64,000 nucleotides of DNA from Nitrospirota bacterium (GCA_963701855.1 CAVPBK010000004.1:160001-224000), one strand, 5' to 3'; shown: positions 1-11,780, numbered from the stretch's first letter. Made by a program: numbers and translations. The notes: a model not told the origin generated them from the sequence alone.

Positions 1-82
1 TCATACAGCGCGAGCCTTTCAGAAACAACTTCTCACCCTCTCGCCGACACAACCGACAGACGGGGCCTCGATACTTTGCCAC
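1..82 (-). CDS. rpsD: 30S ribosomal protein S4, N-terminal part (runs off window)
   Basis: Manual translation from GTG at 82: [33 protein letters not shown] upstream; follows rpsK. Confidence 0.93.
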   Translation of the reverse strand, partial: MAKYRGPVCRLCRREGEKLFLKGSRCM

Positions 83-163
83 TGCTCTACCTCCGGTTAC
101 CGGACATCACCACGCAGGTGTGCCCAACAATTCTCATGTCTTCGACTCTCCCAACACACACCA

Positions 164-547
164 CTAGACGCGCCGCCGCTTCGGTGGACGGCATCCATTG
201 TGTGGAATCGGGGTTACATCACGAATCATATGGATCCGCAATCCAGCGGCCTGGAGAGATCGGATCGCTGACTCACGACCGGACCCAGGCCCATTCACAT
301 AGACATCCACCGTGCGCATTCCACTCTCCATTGCCTTGCGCGCAGCAGCCTCACCGGCCCGCTGAGCCGCAAACGGCGTGCTCTTGCGAGAGCCCTTGAA
401 GCCCTGGTTCCCTGAGCTTGCCCATACAATCGTGTTGCCGCTCATATCGGTAATGGTGACGATCGTATTATTGAAGGAGGCCTGGACATGGGCCACCCCG
501 CTCTGCACGATCCGGCGCTCTTTCTTCTTCCCTTTTTTGATACTCAT
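164..547 (-). CDS. rpsK: 30S ribosomal protein S11
   Basis: [30 protein letters not shown] motifs. Confidence 0.99.
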   Translation of the reverse strand: MSIKKGKKKERRIVQSGVAHVQASFNNTIVTITDMSGNTIVWASSGNQGFKGSRKSTPFAAQRAGEAAARKAMESGMRTVDVYVNGPGSGRESAIRSLQAAGLRIHMIRDVTPIPHNGCRPPKRRRV

Positions 548-577
548 ACAGCTCCCTAGTCAAGTGACGGCCGCGCA

Positions 578-964
578 CTAGGCCGAACGCGCAGGCGGTT
601 TTGGTTTGCTTCCTACACCTGAGCGACGGCCTTTTCTTGTCCGCGCATTCGTCTTGGTCCGCTGGCCACGGACTGGCAGCCCTTTCCGATGACGCAGACC
701 ACGGTACGTGCCGCTATCGATCAATCGCTTGATGTTCATCGAGAAGGTCTTTCTCAGATCGCCTTCAACCTGATAGCCTTCTTGAATAATTTCTCGAATC
801 TTGACGATATGCTCTTCGCTCAAGTCCTTCACACGAATTGCTCCATCGATCCCGGCCTTGCTCAGGATAGAGAGTGCGGATGCCCGGCCAATCCCATAAA
901 CATAGGTCAGGCCGATGTCCGCCCGCTTCTCCCTCGGCAAATCTACCCCAGAAATACGAGCCAT
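578..964 (-). CDS. rpsM: 30S ribosomal protein S13
   Basis: [36 protein letters not shown]. Confidence 0.99.
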   Translation of the reverse strand: MARISGVDLPREKRADIGLTYVYGIGRASALSILSKAGIDGAIRVKDLSEEHIVKIREIIQEGYQVEGDLRKTFSMNIKRLIDSGTYRGLRHRKGLPVRGQRTKTNARTRKGRRSGVGSKPKPPARSA

Positions 965-1009
965 AGTTCCTCCTACCCTCTTCCTGTAACACTCTCACTG
1001 GCCGGAGCT

Positions 1010-1087
1010 GGGTGGGCCTCAACTGCGCGCATCGAACGAGCGCCGTTTCATCGCGCGCGTTCTGCGAGCACGGAGGCCGCCCATCCC
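1010..1087 (+). repeat. Hairpin repeat module A (core ACTGCGCGCATCGAACGA...TGCGAGCAC), copy inside rpmJ-rpsM spacer
   Basis: Same core recurs at ~33069, ~35356 (minus), ~36829, ~37407; flanked by complementary arms. Confidence 0.85.
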
Positions 1088-1098
1088 CTGCCGCACTT

Positions 1099-1212
1099 CT
1101 ATCCTTGGCGCTGCTTGTGGCGCGGATTCTCGCAGAGGATTCGCACCACTCCCTTGCGCCGGACCACCTTACATTTTGCACAGATCGGCTTGACGGATGA
1201 TCGCACTTTCAT
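1099..1212 (-). CDS. rpmJ: 50S ribosomal protein L36 (Zn-ribbon type)
   Basis: Manual translation [37 protein letters not shown] (37 aa), below ORF-track cutoff. Confidence 0.97.
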   Translation of the reverse strand: MKVRSSVKPICAKCKVVRRKGVVRILCENPRHKQRQG

Positions 1213-1228
1213 ATTCTATTTCACACTC

Positions 1229-1447
1229 CTACTTAAACCGATAGGTGATCCGCCCACGCGTTAGATCGTACGGCGACAGCTCCACGGTCACCTTATCACC
1301 GGGAAGAATGCGGATAAAATGCATGCGCATTTTCCCTGAAATATGTGCAAGAATCTTATGGCCATTGTCCAGCGATACCCGAAACATCGCGTTTGGTAAC
1401 GTCTCGTTCACTGTGCCTTGAATTTCGATGATATCTTCTTTTGGCAC
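1229..1447 (-). CDS. infA: Translation initiation factor IF-1
   Basis: [27 protein letters not shown]. Confidence 0.99.
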   Translation of the reverse strand: MPKEDIIEIQGTVNETLPNAMFRVSLDNGHKILAHISGKMRMHFIRILPGDKVTVELSPYDLTRGRITYRFK

Positions 1448-1494
1448 TACCTCTATCCCTTCTCTCCAAACCGCATACTCATGCCTTCAACTTC

Positions 1495-2244
1495 TCAGAG
1501 CCGACTTAAAATACACGGCGGCCCGCTCGGCTCAATCGCAATCGTATGTTCGAAATGCGCCGAGAGACTCCCATCTATCGTCACAGCTGTCCATCGATCA
1601 TCAAGAACCTTGACGGCAGCGCCCCCCATGTTAACCATCGGCTCGATCGCGAGGACCATCCCTGCCTGTAACCTGGGCCCCTGCCCAGCCTTGCCATAAT
1701 TCGGCACCTGTGGCTCTTCATGCAACTGCCGGCCAATTCCATGGCCTACAAACTCTGTCACGACCGAGTACCCGGCAGACTCCACATGCCGCTGAACCGC
1801 ATACGAAATATCAGATAGTCGATGACCCACCACCGCTTGCTCGATTCCGAGATACATCGCTTCTTCAGTCACTTGAACCAAACGGGCATTCCGCTCGGTC
1901 GTCTGCCCCACCGGGACCGTGACCGCTGAGTCCCCATAAAACCCGCCAACGATTGCCCCAAGGTCGAGTCCGATGATATCCCCTTCTTTTAGCACTCGCT
2001 TGGAAGGAATTCCGTGGACAACCTGGTCATTTACCGAAGCACAGAGCGTCTTTGGGTAATTCCGATACCCCTTAAACGCAGGCTTCGCACCACGGGACCG
2101 AATCTCTTCCTCGGCTATACGGTCCAACTCATCGGTCGTGATGCCTGGCCGCACGGCCTTCTGCAATATTTGTAATGTCTCTGCCACCACTCTCGACGCC
2201 TGAGCCATCACCGCAATCTCATCCAGCGTCTTGAGAATGATCAT
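1495..2244 (-). CDS. map: Methionine aminopeptidase type I
   Basis: VVHGIP, GHGIGRQLHEEP, SAHFEHTI motifs. Confidence 0.98.
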   Translation of the reverse strand: MIILKTLDEIAVMAQASRVVAETLQILQKAVRPGITTDELDRIAEEEIRSRGAKPAFKGYRNYPKTLCASVNDQVVHGIPSKRVLKEGDIIGLDLGAIVGGFYGDSAVTVPVGQTTERNARLVQVTEEAMYLGIEQAVVGHRLSDISYAVQRHVESAGYSVVTEFVGHGIGRQLHEEPQVPNYGKAGQGPRLQAGMVLAIEPMVNMGGAAVKVLDDRWTAVTIDGSLSAHFEHTIAIEPSGPPCILSRL

Positions 2245-2897
2245 GTTCCCCGGTACGGTGCCAGCTCCTGCGAGAGATGCCGAAAGACGATATCCACTGC
2301 ACCCGATGCATCCATAGGAAACAATAACTGCCGTTCATCGTAATAGCGGACAAGTGGGGCCGTCTGTTCGTCATAGACTTTCAGACGCATCTCGATCGCA
2401 TCGCGGCGATCGTCGCTGCGCTGCACGAGCGGCTCTCCGCATCGATCGCAAATCCCATCCACCTTGGACGGCGCAAAGTCTACATGGAACGTCGCTTGAC
2501 ACTTCGGGCAACTTCGGCGACCGCTCAATCTCCTCACGACATCCTCGCGCGAAACCTGAAAATTCACAACCCGGTCCAACGCAACCCCTTTGGATGTCAA
2601 CACCGTTCCCAATGCTTCTGCCTGTGGAACAGTTCTGGGAAATCCATCCAGAACGAATCCATTCGCGCAGCTGAGATCGGCTAACTTTTCCCTGACTAGT
2701 CCAATCACCACGGCGTCAGGAACCAAGTTCCCCTGATCCATATAACTCTTCGCCTCAAGGCCCAGCATAGTCCGGTTGCGCACCGCCTCGCGAAGAAGAT
2801 CACCGGTCGAGATCTTTGCCACCTGATACTGTGCCGCGATACGGTCAGCCTGAGTCCCCTTGCCTACTCCTGGTGCGCCGAGAAACACCACCCGCAT
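2241..2897 (-). CDS. adk: Adenylate kinase (Zn-lid type)
   Basis: GAPGVGKGTQA P-loop, LDGFPRT, CPKC..CDRC lid. Confidence 0.98.
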   Translation of the reverse strand: MRVVFLGAPGVGKGTQADRIAAQYQVAKISTGDLLREAVRNRTMLGLEAKSYMDQGNLVPDAVVIGLVREKLADLSCANGFVLDGFPRTVPQAEALGTVLTSKGVALDRVVNFQVSREDVVRRLSGRRSCPKCQATFHVDFAPSKVDGICDRCGEPLVQRSDDRRDAIEMRLKVYDEQTAPLVRYYDERQLLFPMDASGAVDIVFRHLSQELAPYRGT

Positions 2898-2906
2898 GGA
2901 TTTCCC

Positions 2907-4226
2907 TCACCCACTCCGCCCACGAAGCGGGGCCATACCCTTACCAAGAAACCCTTCATAATTCCGCATGAGCATGTGAGACTCAATCTGCTGGGCCGTA
3001 TCAAGTCCGACACCGATCACGATCAGCAGCGAGGTGCCGCCGAAATAGAAAGGCACACCTAGTTTATAGATCAATAACTCAGGGATTACACAGACGATCG
3101 CAAGATAGATCGATCCGGCAAACGTAATTCTCGTGAGCACCTTATAAATATAATCAGAAGTCCGTACTCCGGGACGAATCCCGGGAATGAATCCACCATA
3201 CTTCTTCATGTTGTCCGCCATATCCACTGGGTTTAAAACCACGGCGGTATAAAAGAAACAGAAAAATAGAATAAGGCCAACATACATCAGTGTATATAAT
3301 ATCGACCCGGGCGCGAGTTGGGCGCCAATATCCTTGACCCATGGCGTCTCGAAAAACCCGGCAATCGTCGCAGGAAATGCAATAATGGACGATGCAAAAA
3401 TAGGCGGAATTACTCCCGCGGTATTGATCTTCAACGGAATATGGGTGCTCTGCCCACCGAACACCCTGCGTCCGATGACCCGCTTTGCGTACTGAACCGG
3501 TACTTTCCGCCTCCCGCTTTCGAGGAAGACAATGGCTCCCACCACCACGACCATGAGCAAGGCGAGGGAGACTAGCAAGAAAATACTGAGCTGCCCGACC
3601 TTGTACAGTTCAAATGTCTGGGCGACAGCGGAAGGCAATCGCGCGACAATCCCCGCAAAAATAATCAAGGAAATGCCGTTCCCGATGCCTCGCTCGGTAA
3701 TCTGTTCACCGAGCCACATGAGGAAGCCTGTGCCGGCTGTCAAGGTGATAACCGTCATCAGACGGAATCCCCACCCACCGCTCATTACAAATGCGCCGTT
3801 ATTCATTTGTTCGAGACCTACGGCGATCCCGAAGCCCTGAATCACCGCAATGCCGATCGTCCCGAATCGAGTGTACTGAATAATCTTTTTTCGACCGCGT
3901 TCGCCCTCTTTGGCCAACTTCGTGAGGTGCGGAACAACTACGGTCAGCAGCTGAAGAATGATCGACGCACTGATATAGGGCATAATGCCCAGCGCCAAGA
4001 TCGTCAACCGCGAGAGCGATCCGCCAGAAAAAATATCCAAAAACCCGAGCAACGCGCCGCCTTCCTTTTGCAGAAACTCTGAGAGGGCGTCGCCGTTAAT
4101 CCCGGGCGTAGGAATATGCGCCCCGATCCGATACACTACCAACATCCCCATGGTAAAGAGGATACGGGTGCGCAGCTCGGGAATTTTTAAAATATTCTGA
4201 AAACTGGTCAGGAGTCTCTCAAACAC
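2907..4226 (-). CDS. secY: Preprotein translocase SecY
   Basis: LGIMPYISASII, GIGNGISLIIF, FGGTSLLI; GTG start at 4226 chosen (overlaps rplO end). Confidence 0.97.
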   Translation of the reverse strand: MFERLLTSFQNILKIPELRTRILFTMGMLVVYRIGAHIPTPGINGDALSEFLQKEGGALLGFLDIFSGGSLSRLTILALGIMPYISASIILQLLTVVVPHLTKLAKEGERGRKKIIQYTRFGTIGIAVIQGFGIAVGLEQMNNGAFVMSGGWGFRLMTVITLTAGTGFLMWLGEQITERGIGNGISLIIFAGIVARLPSAVAQTFELYKVGQLSIFLLVSLALLMVVVVGAIVFLESGRRKVPVQYAKRVIGRRVFGGQSTHIPLKINTAGVIPPIFASSIIAFPATIAGFFETPWVKDIGAQLAPGSILYTLMYVGLILFFCFFYTAVVLNPVDMADNMKKYGGFIPGIRPGVRTSDYIYKVLTRITFAGSIYLAIVCVIPELLIYKLGVPFYFGGTSLLIVIGVGLDTAQQIESHMLMRNYEGFLGKGMAPLRGRSG

Positions 4227-4674
4227 CGGGGATGACCTCGACTCTCCCTCCAGCTGCTTGAATCTTTGCCTCTGCGGACTTGCTGAACTTATGCGCCTGC
4301 ACCACAATCGCCTTCGTAAGGTCTCCATTTCCAAGGATCTTGATCGGCAACGACTTGCGCTTCACCAAGCCGGCATCGACCAACGTCTGCGGTGTGATGG
4401 TGCCGGGCGTGATCATCTCACTCAAGCTTTTCAGATTGACAATCGAGTACTCTTTGCGAAATATGTTTGTAAAGCCATGCTTCGGCACTCGACGGATCAG
4501 GGACATCTGGCCGCCTTCAAACCCACCCGCCTGTCGACTCCGACCGCCAGACCTGGCTAACAAACCCTTGTGGCCCTTGCCTGATGTTTTCCCATGACCA
4601 GAGCCTGGTCCACGACCGATACGCTTTCGCCGTTTCCTGGATCCTTTTGCAGGAGCGAGATTATGTAAGTTCAT
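4219..4674 (-). CDS. rplO: 50S ribosomal protein L15
   Basis: MNLHNL..RIGRGPGSGHGKTSGKGHKG, FEGGQM; start at MNLHNL. Confidence 0.97.
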   Translation of the reverse strand: MNLHNLAPAKGSRKRRKRIGRGPGSGHGKTSGKGHKGLLARSGGRSRQAGGFEGGQMSLIRRVPKHGFTNIFRKEYSIVNLKSLSEMITPGTITPQTLVDAGLVKRKSLPIKILGNGDLTKAIVVQAHKFSKSAEAKIQAAGGRVEVIPGV

Positions 4675-4880
4675 TGTGGCTGCACTTCCAATAGATATCC
4701 AACTTTGCCGATCATCCCTCTGACTTGCGGAGTATTGGGACGAGTCACTCTCTGTCTGATCTTCCTCAAACCGAGACCACTCAAAACAAGCCGATGCTTT
4801 TGCGGTGTGCCGATCGGGCTTCGTCGCAAGGTGATCACGAACCCCTTTGGAGTAGCCGTGGCGGTCTTCACTGTTGGCAT
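4671..4880 (-). CDS. rpmD: 50S ribosomal protein L30
   Basis: ITLRRSPIG..LGLRKI..TPQVRGMI. Confidence 0.95.
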   Translation of the reverse strand: MPTVKTATATPKGFVITLRRSPIGTPQKHRLVLSGLGLRKIRQRVTRPNTPQVRGMIGKVGYLLEVQPQ

Positions 4881-5389
4881 TAGGCACTCACCTTATCCTG
4901 TGCATCGCCCGTCATATTACGGCGCATTTTGAGAACGTCTTCAGCATTGCGGAGTTGACAAAGCCCGTTGAGCGTGGCGCGAACAGTATTAAATGGATTT
5001 CCACGGCCCAGCGTCTTTGCGATGATGTTATGGACGCCGGCGACCTCGACCACCGCCCGAACGGCGCCCCCAGCAATAATTCCTGCCCCCTTCTTTGCCG
5101 GCTTGAGAAGGACATGCTCGGCCCCGAACAGCCCGTGTACCTCATGCGCAATCGTCCCAGACGTGAGGGCGACATGCACAAGGTTTTTCTTGGCCTGCTC
5201 AACCGCCTTCGAGATCGCCACAGGCACTTCCGCAGCCTTCCCTTTCCCGATGCCGACCCATCCCTGTCCATCTCCAACGACAACCAGCGCGCAGAAGTTG
5301 AACCGCTTTCCACCCTTCACGACTTTCGCCACGCGGTTGATAAAGACAACCTTGTCCTTCAGGCTTAGTTCATCTGGATTAACTCGCAC
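4880..5389 (-). CDS. rpsE: 30S ribosomal protein S5
   Basis: [21 protein letters not shown]. Confidence 0.98.
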   Translation of the reverse strand: MRVNPDELSLKDKVVFINRVAKVVKGGKRFNFCALVVVGDGQGWVGIGKGKAAEVPVAISKAVEQAKKNLVHVALTSGTIAHEVHGLFGAEHVLLKPAKKGAGIIAGGAVRAVVEVAGVHNIIAKTLGRGNPFNTVRATLNGLCQLRNAEDVLKMRRNMTGDAQDKVSA

Positions 5390-5448
5390 CTAACATTTCT
5401 CCTCTTTGTTCCCTTCGCTCCCGCACCGTGGCGGAAACGTGGCACGAT

Positions 5449-5814
5449 CTAGAACTGCAGACCGCCTTCACGTGATGCCTCAGCCAACGCTTTGACGCGT
5501 CCGTGGTACATCCGGCCACCACGATCGAATACCACAGTCTGCACCTTGACGGCTTTAGCCCGTTCGGCTAACAACTTTCCAACAGCCTTTGCGCCGGCAA
5601 TGCTGCCGGTGGATTTCACCGAGGTACGCAAAGACTTATCCAGTGAGGACGCGGCAGCCAACGTGGCCCCCTTGAGATCGTCAACGATCTGGGCGTAGAT
5701 ATGAGCGCGGCTGCGAAACACGTTGAGACGTGGCCGCTCAGCCGTTCCAAAGACTCGATTTCGCACCCGCTGCTTTCGCCTGGTTAACTGACTCGCTTTA
5801 TCTGCAGCATTCAT
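5449..5814 (-). CDS. rplR: 50S ribosomal protein L18
   Basis: [26 protein letters not shown]. Confidence 0.98.
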   Translation of the reverse strand: MNAADKASQLTRRKQRVRNRVFGTAERPRLNVFRSRAHIYAQIVDDLKGATLAAASSLDKSLRTSVKSTGSIAGAKAVGKLLAERAKAVKVQTVVFDRGGRMYHGRVKALAEASREGGLQF

Positions 5815-5822
5815 GAATCACC

Positions 5823-6359
5823 TTACTTTCCTGTCTTTCCGGCTTTCTTTCGCAACACTTCCCCGGCATAGCGAACGCCCTTTTGCTTATAGACGTCGGG
5901 AGGCTTGATAGCTCGCAAGTTCGCCGCGACCTGACCCACCAATCGTTTGTCAGCCCCCTTCACATTGATCAGCGTTTGCTTGTCCACCTTCACATCGATT
6001 CCAACAGGAATTGGATAGGTGACTGGGTTGATATAGCCCAAATTGAAGCTCATCGTTCGACCCTGCACAGCGACCTTATATCCCACTCCGGTGATTTCTA
6101 AGTTACGTTCATAGCCCTTTGTCACACCTTGAATAATGTTGCTCAGCTCCGCGCGAGTCAACCCATGCATAGCACGGATTTGTCGATCTTCATTTGAGCG
6201 GCTCACCACGAGCTGTCCATTCGCAACTGAAACCCCAAGGCCCGTAGACAACGACCAATCGATTTTCCCGAGTGGACCTTTCACGGACACGATAGGCCCA
6301 GCAACTTTGACATCCACTCCAGCTGGAATTACGATTGGTCTTTTTCCTATGCGCGACAT
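5823..6359 (-). CDS. rplF: 50S ribosomal protein L6
   Basis: MSRIGKRPI, PPDVYKQKGVRY. Confidence 0.98.
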   Translation of the reverse strand: MSRIGKRPIVIPAGVDVKVAGPIVSVKGPLGKIDWSLSTGLGVSVANGQLVVSRSNEDRQIRAMHGLTRAELSNIIQGVTKGYERNLEITGVGYKVAVQGRTMSFNLGYINPVTYPIPVGIDVKVDKQTLINVKGADKRLVGQVAANLRAIKPPDVYKQKGVRYAGEVLRKKAGKTGK

Positions 6360-6414
6360 CGATGCCTCGTTCCTCTAGCCAGCCGTCCATTGACAATCTG
6401 ACTTACTCTGCCCA

Positions 6415-6810
6415 TTACCACACCGCGCACAACACTTCGCCGCCCAATCCAGCACGACGAGAGTCCTGATCCGTCATCAATCCCTTTGAAGTGGACAAGA
6501 TCGCCATGCCAATGCCGTTTTTGACTCGCGGGATGTCTTTGATCCCTACATACACACGGCGGCCAGGCTTACTCACCCGCTGCATGCCGGTGACTATGGG
6601 TTGCCCTTCTGCCACATACCGTAACTGTACTTTCAGCACAGGATGTCCATCCGCGATGTCTGCCTGAACGCTCTGAATATATCCTTCGTTCTGGAGAACC
6701 CGAAGGACTTCGCGCTTGAGACGAGAGGCTGGAACGCTCACAACATCGTGACGTCGCCGAAACCCGTTTTGTAATCGTACTAAGAGGTCGCTAATGGGAT
6801 CTGTAACCAT
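6415..6810 (-). CDS. rpsH: 30S ribosomal protein S8
   Basis: TDPISDLL, RVSKPGRRVY, GGEVLCAVW. Confidence 0.98.
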   Translation of the reverse strand: MVTDPISDLLVRLQNGFRRRHDVVSVPASRLKREVLRVLQNEGYIQSVQADIADGHPVLKVQLRYVAEGQPIVTGMQRVSKPGRRVYVGIKDIPRVKNGIGMAILSTSKGLMTDQDSRRAGLGGEVLCAVW

Positions 6811-6884
6811 ACCAACCCTTTCGCTAACGTTCGTCGTGTGACCGAATGCAACTTACCAGTCCGGTGATGCAGAAAGTAGATACC

Positions 6885-7070
6885 CTACCAACTCGACTTC
6901 CGAACCCCCGGGATTTCTCCCTTCAGGCTCAGCAACCGAAAGCAAATTCTGCACATGCGAAACCGGCGCAAGAACCCTCTCACACGCCCGCAGATCTCAC
7001 ATCGGTGATAGTCTCTGACTGGAAACTTCGCTTTGACGGCCGATTTATTTCTGAGCGCTAATCTCGACAC
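6885..7070 (-). CDS. rpsN: 30S ribosomal protein S14 type Z
   Basis: 61 aa, CEICGR..CRICFR Zn motif, IPGVRKSSW. Confidence 0.97.
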   Translation of the reverse strand: MSRLALRNKSAVKAKFPVRDYHRCEICGRVRGFLRRFRMCRICFRLLSLKGEIPGVRKSSW

Positions 7071-7091
7071 CTGCAGCTCCTTCGCTTGACA

Positions 7092-7748
7092 TTACGTCCG
7101 GAATGGCATTCCCAAATGTTTCAACAGCGCCCGGCCCTCATCGTTGGTTCTGGCGGTCGTGACAATCGTAATGTCCATTCCATGGATAGATGCAACCTCG
7201 TCATACTTAATCTCGGGGAAAATGAGCTGTTCTTTGAGTCCAAGCGTGTAATTACCTCGGCCATCGAACGACTTTGGCGAGACCCCTCGGAAGTCTCGAA
7301 TCCGTGGCAACGACAACGTCACGAGACGATCGAAAAACTCCCACATCCTACGACTACGCAGTGTGACCTTGGTGCCGATCGGCATCCCTTGGCGCAACTT
7401 GAAAGAGGCAATGGCCTTCTTTGCCTTTGTAATCAGAGGCTTTTGACCAGTAATCGCGCCCAACTCCCCGGCGGCGCTCTCCAACAACTTCACGTTCTGA
7501 ATGGCTTCCCCCATCCCCACGTTCAATACAATCCGCTCAAGCTTCGGGACCTGCATGATGTTTTTATAGCCGAACTCTTTCATGAGTGCGGGCACAACCT
7601 TCTGCAAGTAGGTCTCGCGCATCCGTGGATTGAACTTGGACTCTTCGCTGCCCTCGTCCATTGCCTGCGGTGCCGACGACCCTTCCTTCTTCTTGGGTGA
7701 TCGCCGCTCTGACGTCTTGCCGCCTTTTCCTGATTCAACCTTCGCCAT
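7092..7748 (-). CDS. rplE: 50S ribosomal protein L5 (with N-terminal extension)
   Basis: [26 protein letters not shown]. Confidence 0.97.
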   Translation of the reverse strand: MAKVESGKGGKTSERRSPKKKEGSSAPQAMDEGSEESKFNPRMRETYLQKVVPALMKEFGYKNIMQVPKLERIVLNVGMGEAIQNVKLLESAAGELGAITGQKPLITKAKKAIASFKLRQGMPIGTKVTLRSRRMWEFFDRLVTLSLPRIRDFRGVSPKSFDGRGNYTLGLKEQLIFPEIKYDEVASIHGMDITIVTTARTNDEGRALLKHLGMPFRT

Positions 7749-7763
7749 CTGGCGTCCTCACTC

Positions 7764-8099
7764 CTACTCGACTGAGTCGTTCGATTTTTTGCTGAACCGG
7801 ACCCGCCGACCGTCATCGAGCGTCCGCACTCCAAGCCGGGTCGGCTTCTGCGTCACTGGACAGAGATACATCACATTTGAGACCGCAAAGGGCGCTTCTC
7901 GCTCGAGGATGCCGCCTTGCTTGACTTTCTGATTCGGCTTGGTGTGGCGCTTGATCATGTTCAATTTTTCGACCACAACCTTGCCCGCTCCGGGATCAAC
8001 CGAGAGCACTTTCCCAGACTTGCCACGATCGCGCCCAGCGATCACAACCACCACATCGCCCTTACGAATTCGATTCTTCTGCAATCCCTGCTTATTCAT
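7764..8099 (-). CDS. rplX: 50S ribosomal protein L24
   Basis: [22 protein letters not shown] motif. Confidence 0.98.
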   Translation of the reverse strand: MNKQGLQKNRIRKGDVVVVIAGRDRGKSGKVLSVDPGAGKVVVEKLNMIKRHTKPNQKVKQGGILEREAPFAVSNVMYLCPVTQKPTRLGVRTLDDGRRVRFSKKSNDSVE

Positions 8100-8118
8100 C
8101 CCACCGTCTCCACCCTCG

Positions 8119-8487
8119 CTACAGCACTTCCGGAGCTAGGGAAATAATCTTCATGAACTTCTTCCACCGCAGCTCGCGCGCAATCGGTCCAAAAATGCGA
8201 GTTCCAACCGGATCACCATCCTTATTGATCAGTACGCAGGCATTCCGATCGAACTTGATATAGGAACCATCATCCCGACGCACTTCCTTGGTTGTTCTCA
8301 CGACCACGGCTCGGCTTACATCGCCCTTCTTGACCGTTGCTGCAGGAATGGCCTCTTTGACAGCCACAACGACAATATCTCCGAGAGAGGCGTACCGACG
8401 CCTGGTTCCCCCAAGCACATGAAAGCACATAGCCTGCTTGGCACCGGAGTTATCGGCCACGTCCATGTATGTATAGCTTTGAATCAT
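8119..8487 (-). CDS. rplN: 50S ribosomal protein L14
   Basis: [28 protein letters not shown]. Confidence 0.99.
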   Translation of the reverse strand: MIQSYTYMDVADNSGAKQAMCFHVLGGTRRRYASLGDIVVVAVKEAIPAATVKKGDVSRAVVVRTTKEVRRDDGSYIKFDRNACVLINKDGDPVGTRIFGPIARELRWKKFMKIISLAPEVL

Positions 8488-8525
8488 AGTCCCGGTGTTT
8501 CCTCTACCCTTCGCACGACCTCAAA

Positions 8526-8792
8526 CTACTCGCCCCGTCCCTTTTCCACGACTTCGATAACCCGCATATGCTTATCTTTACTGATTGGCCTCGTCTCGAC
8601 CATACGCACACGGTCGCCGATCTTGCAGGCATTGTCCTCGTCGTGGGCTTTGAATTTCGTTACCCGTCGAAGCACTTTACGGTAGAGTGGGTGAATAACC
8701 GAACGTTCGATCTCGACGACCACAGTCTTATTCATCTTATTGCTGACCACACGCCCAACCCATTCGCGCCGTTTATTTGCTGACTCTCCCAT
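8526..8792 (-). CDS. rpsQ: 30S ribosomal protein S17
   Basis: [28 protein letters not shown]. Confidence 0.97.
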   Translation of the reverse strand: MGESANKRREWVGRVVSNKMNKTVVVEIERSVIHPLYRKVLRRVTKFKAHDEDNACKIGDRVRMVETRPISKDKHMRVIEVVEKGRGE

Positions 8793-8794
8793 CC

Positions 8795-9016
8795 TCAAGC
8801 CCCTTTCGCCGCGGTAGAGATTGGATCGGCCTGCGTAAGCTCGTATTGAAGCGTCTTTACCCTGGCAATGGATCGCTTCGTCTTTCGAATCTGCATAGGG
8901 TTTTCCAGCCGCCCAGTTCCCAGCTGAAAACGAAGATTGAAGAGTTCCTGCGTGAGCTGCTGCGTCTTCTCAGCCAACTCCGGCCCCGTGAGCTGCCGTA
9001 ATTCTTTCACATCCAT
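8795..9016 (-). CDS. rpmC: 50S ribosomal protein L29
   Basis: [22 protein letters not shown]. Confidence 0.97.
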   Translation of the reverse strand: MDVKELRQLTGPELAEKTQQLTQELFNLRFQLGTGRLENPMQIRKTKRSIARVKTLQYELTQADPISTAAKGA

Positions 9017-9055
9017 GAATGCACTCCCTTACCCTTGCGTCCGGTTCGATCGATG

Positions 9056-9469
9056 CTAAAACTCTCCGCGAATGACGCACTTTGTGGCAATGGGCAACTT
9101 ATGCGAAGCCAATCGGAACGCCTCTTTGGCGACATCCGGCGTCACACCATCCATCTCATAAAGAATGCGGCCGGGCTTGACAACGGCGACCCAGTATTCC
9201 GGATTGCCCTTCCCCTTACCCATTCGAGTTTCGGCAGGCTTTTTGGTGATCGGCTTATCGGGGAAAATTCTCGTCCACACCTGGCCACCGCGCTTCACAC
9301 ACCGAGTGATCGCAATGCGCGCCGCCTCAATCTGCCGGCTGGTGATCCAGCCAGGCTCAAGCGCCTTTAGCCCAAACTCTCCGAGGGTAATCTGACTGCC
9401 ACGATAGGCCTTGCCCGTCATGCGTCCCTTCATCATTTTACGGAACTTAACTTTCTTTGGTGCTAACAC
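9056..9469 (-). CDS. rplP: 50S ribosomal protein L16
   Basis: [18 protein letters not shown]. Confidence 0.99.
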   Translation of the reverse strand: MLAPKKVKFRKMMKGRMTGKAYRGSQITLGEFGLKALEPGWITSRQIEAARIAITRCVKRGGQVWTRIFPDKPITKKPAETRMGKGKGNPEYWVAVVKPGRILYEMDGVTPDVAKEAFRLASHKLPIATKCVIRGEF

Positions 9470-9483
9470 AATACCCTCTTGAA

Positions 9484-10155
9484 TTACCCAAGCCTGCGGT
9501 CAAATGACGACTCTTTATTGAGGGGCTGTAACGGAAGGATTTCCCCTTTATAGATCCAGGTCTTGATCCCGATCTGCCCCATCGTTGTGTGGGCTTCGGC
9601 AAACCCGTAGTCAATGTCTGCCCGGAGCGTATGGAGAGGCACACGGCCCTCGCGGTACCATTCTGAACGAGCGATTTCCGCTCCGCCAAGACGCCCCCCC
9701 ACCATGATCTTGATACCCTGGGCTCCAAGACGAAGTGCGGACTGCACACTTCGCTTCATGGCTCGACGAAATGCCACACGCTTTTCTAGCTGAGTAGCGA
9801 CATTTTCACATACCAACTGAGCATCCAGTTCCGGCTTCTTGATTTCTTTCACCGTAATGTAGACCTGGCCGGAGTAGCTCTTCTCCAACTCCGCCTTGAG
9901 CTTGTCTACCTCAGCCCCCTTACGACCGATGATGATACCGGGGCGTGCGGTGTGAATAATCACACGCGTCTGGTCTCCAGATCGTTCGATTTCCACCTTG
10001 GCCACACCGGCATGAAAGAGGCGTTGCTTGACCATCTTGCGAATCCTGATATCCTGATGGAGCAGCTTCGCGTAATCCTTGCTGGCATACCACCGAGATG
10101 ACCAAGTAACGTTGTATCCTAACCGGTACCCGATCGGATGTGTCTTATGCCCCAT
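9484..10155 (-). CDS. rpsC: 30S ribosomal protein S3
   Basis: [33 protein letters not shown]. Confidence 0.99.
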   Translation of the reverse strand: MGHKTHPIGYRLGYNVTWSSRWYASKDYAKLLHQDIRIRKMVKQRLFHAGVAKVEIERSGDQTRVIIHTARPGIIIGRKGAEVDKLKAELEKSYSGQVYITVKEIKKPELDAQLVCENVATQLEKRVAFRRAMKRSVQSALRLGAQGIKIMVGGRLGGAEIARSEWYREGRVPLHTLRADIDYGFAEAHTTMGQIGIKTWIYKGEILPLQPLNKESSFDRRLG

Positions 10156-10211
10156 AACTTCTTGCGCCTCACTCAGACAGGAAATGAATCCACTTCACCA
10201 ACCATCTCTAT

Positions 10212-10565
10212 CTACTTCTTTTCTTTCACGCTGGGAACCGACACGACGACAGTAATGTGACTCATGCGCTTTTGAATCGCATTCGCACGCCCCTGCGACC
10301 GCGACCGAAAGCGTTTCAACGTCGGCCCGCAGTCGACAAATGCCTTAGACACCACCATTGATTCACTATCGCCCATCTCTTTTTGCTCCGCATTGGCCAC
10401 GGCAGATCGCAAAATCTTTTCAACCACCTTCGACGCCTGACGCGGCAACCCCCTGAGCATGGCCAAGGCCATGGGAACTTGCTGCCCACGAATCAAATCG
10501 ACCACTGGGCGGGCCTTCCTAGGAGAAACCCGTACGAACCGTAAAACTGCTTGTGCTTCAGCCAT
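10212..10565 (-). CDS. rplV: 50S ribosomal protein L22
   Basis: [25 protein letters not shown]; start MAEAQA. Confidence 0.97.
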   Translation of the reverse strand: MAEAQAVLRFVRVSPRKARPVVDLIRGQQVPMALAMLRGLPRQASKVVEKILRSAVANAEQKEMGDSESMVVSKAFVDCGPTLKRFRSRSQGRANAIQKRMSHITVVVSVPSVKEKK

Positions 10566-10608
10566 AACCGTCCTATCCAATCGAGTGTGCCGAGACCGTA
10601 ACCTATCC

Positions 10609-10896
10609 CTATTTAAGGGCGACCGATTTTTCTGTCCTGGCGTGCCCATGCCCCTTAAAGAATCTGGTCGGAGCAAACTCACCCAGCTTGTGCCCAACCA
10701 TGTTTTCCGTTACAAAGACAGGAATAAATTTCTTTCCGTTATGAACCGCGAACGTATGCCCGATCATATCTGGAATGACCGTGGACCGTCGCGACCAGGT
10801 CTTAATAATCTTTCGATCCTTATTCTGATTCATCCGCTCCACTTTCTGGAGCAGATGGACGTCAACGAATGCGCCCTTACTGACTGACCTCGGCAT
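10609..10896 (-). CDS. rpsS: 30S ribosomal protein S19
   Basis: [20 protein letters not shown]. Confidence 0.99.
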   Translation of the reverse strand: MPRSVSKGAFVDVHLLQKVERMNQNKDRKIIKTWSRRSTVIPDMIGHTFAVHNGKKFIPVFVTENMVGHKLGEFAPTRFFKGHGHARTEKSVALK

Positions 10897-10905
10897 CGCG
10901 TACTC

Positions 10906-11730
10906 CTACTTGCGGCGGGAAATAATGAACTTGTCCGTCGCCTTGTTGTTCCTGGTCTTGTAACCCTTAGTTGGAAGACCCCATGGGGAAACCGGATGAG
11001 GATTGCCCTGTCCAGATTTTCCTTCGCCGCCACCATGCGGGTGATCAACTGGATTCATCACGACTCCGCGCACATTCGGGCGTCGGCCCAACCATCGCAC
11101 CCGACCGGCCTTTCCAACATTAATATTCTCATGATCCGTATTCCCAACCTGTCCGACAGTTGCCATGCAAGTTGAAAGAATTCTCCGCATTTCACCGGAT
11201 CTGAGCCTCACCTGCACATATTCGCCATCACGCCCCATCACCTGAGCGGCGCCACCCGCACTGCGGATCAGCTGTCCGCCTTTCCCAGGCTTCAACTCCA
11301 CATTGTGAATGGTCGTTCCCAACGGCATACTGGAGAGGGGCAACGCATTCCCAGTACGAACCTCTGAGCCAACACCGGACTGCACCACATTCCCGACTTC
11401 TAGGCCAACCGGAGCCAAGATATAGCGCTTCTCGCCATCCTTATAGTGCACCAAGGCAATCCGAGCCGACCGATTAGGATCATATTCAAGGGCAGCAATA
11501 GTCCCTGGAATTCCAGTCTTGTCGCGCCGGAAATCTATTTTTCGATAGAGCCGTTTATGCCCTCCTCCACGGAAACGTACAGTCGTCCGACCATCGTTGT
11601 TCCTCGCACCGGTGCTGCGACGGAATGACGTGAGCGATTTCTCGGGCCTCTTCTTCGACAGCTCTTCTGTCGTTACCGCAGTCATCCCACGACGTCCCGG
11701 CGTCCTCGGCTTATATACTCTGATCCCCAT
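10906..11730 (-). CDS. rplB: 50S ribosomal protein L2
   Basis: [21 protein letters not shown]; start MGIRVYK. Confidence 0.98.
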   Translation of the reverse strand: MGIRVYKPRTPGRRGMTAVTTEELSKKRPEKSLTSFRRSTGARNNDGRTTVRFRGGGHKRLYRKIDFRRDKTGIPGTIAALEYDPNRSARIALVHYKDGEKRYILAPVGLEVGNVVQSGVGSEVRTGNALPLSSMPLGTTIHNVELKPGKGGQLIRSAGGAAQVMGRDGEYVQVRLRSGEMRRILSTCMATVGQVGNTDHENINVGKAGRVRWLGRRPNVRGVVMNPVDHPHGGGEGKSGQGNPHPVSPWGLPTKGYKTRNNKATDKFIISRRK

Positions 11731-11780
11731 ACAACAGTCGTCCTTCCAGCACACCGAGGCCAGCCCGGTGCAGGTTCCCG

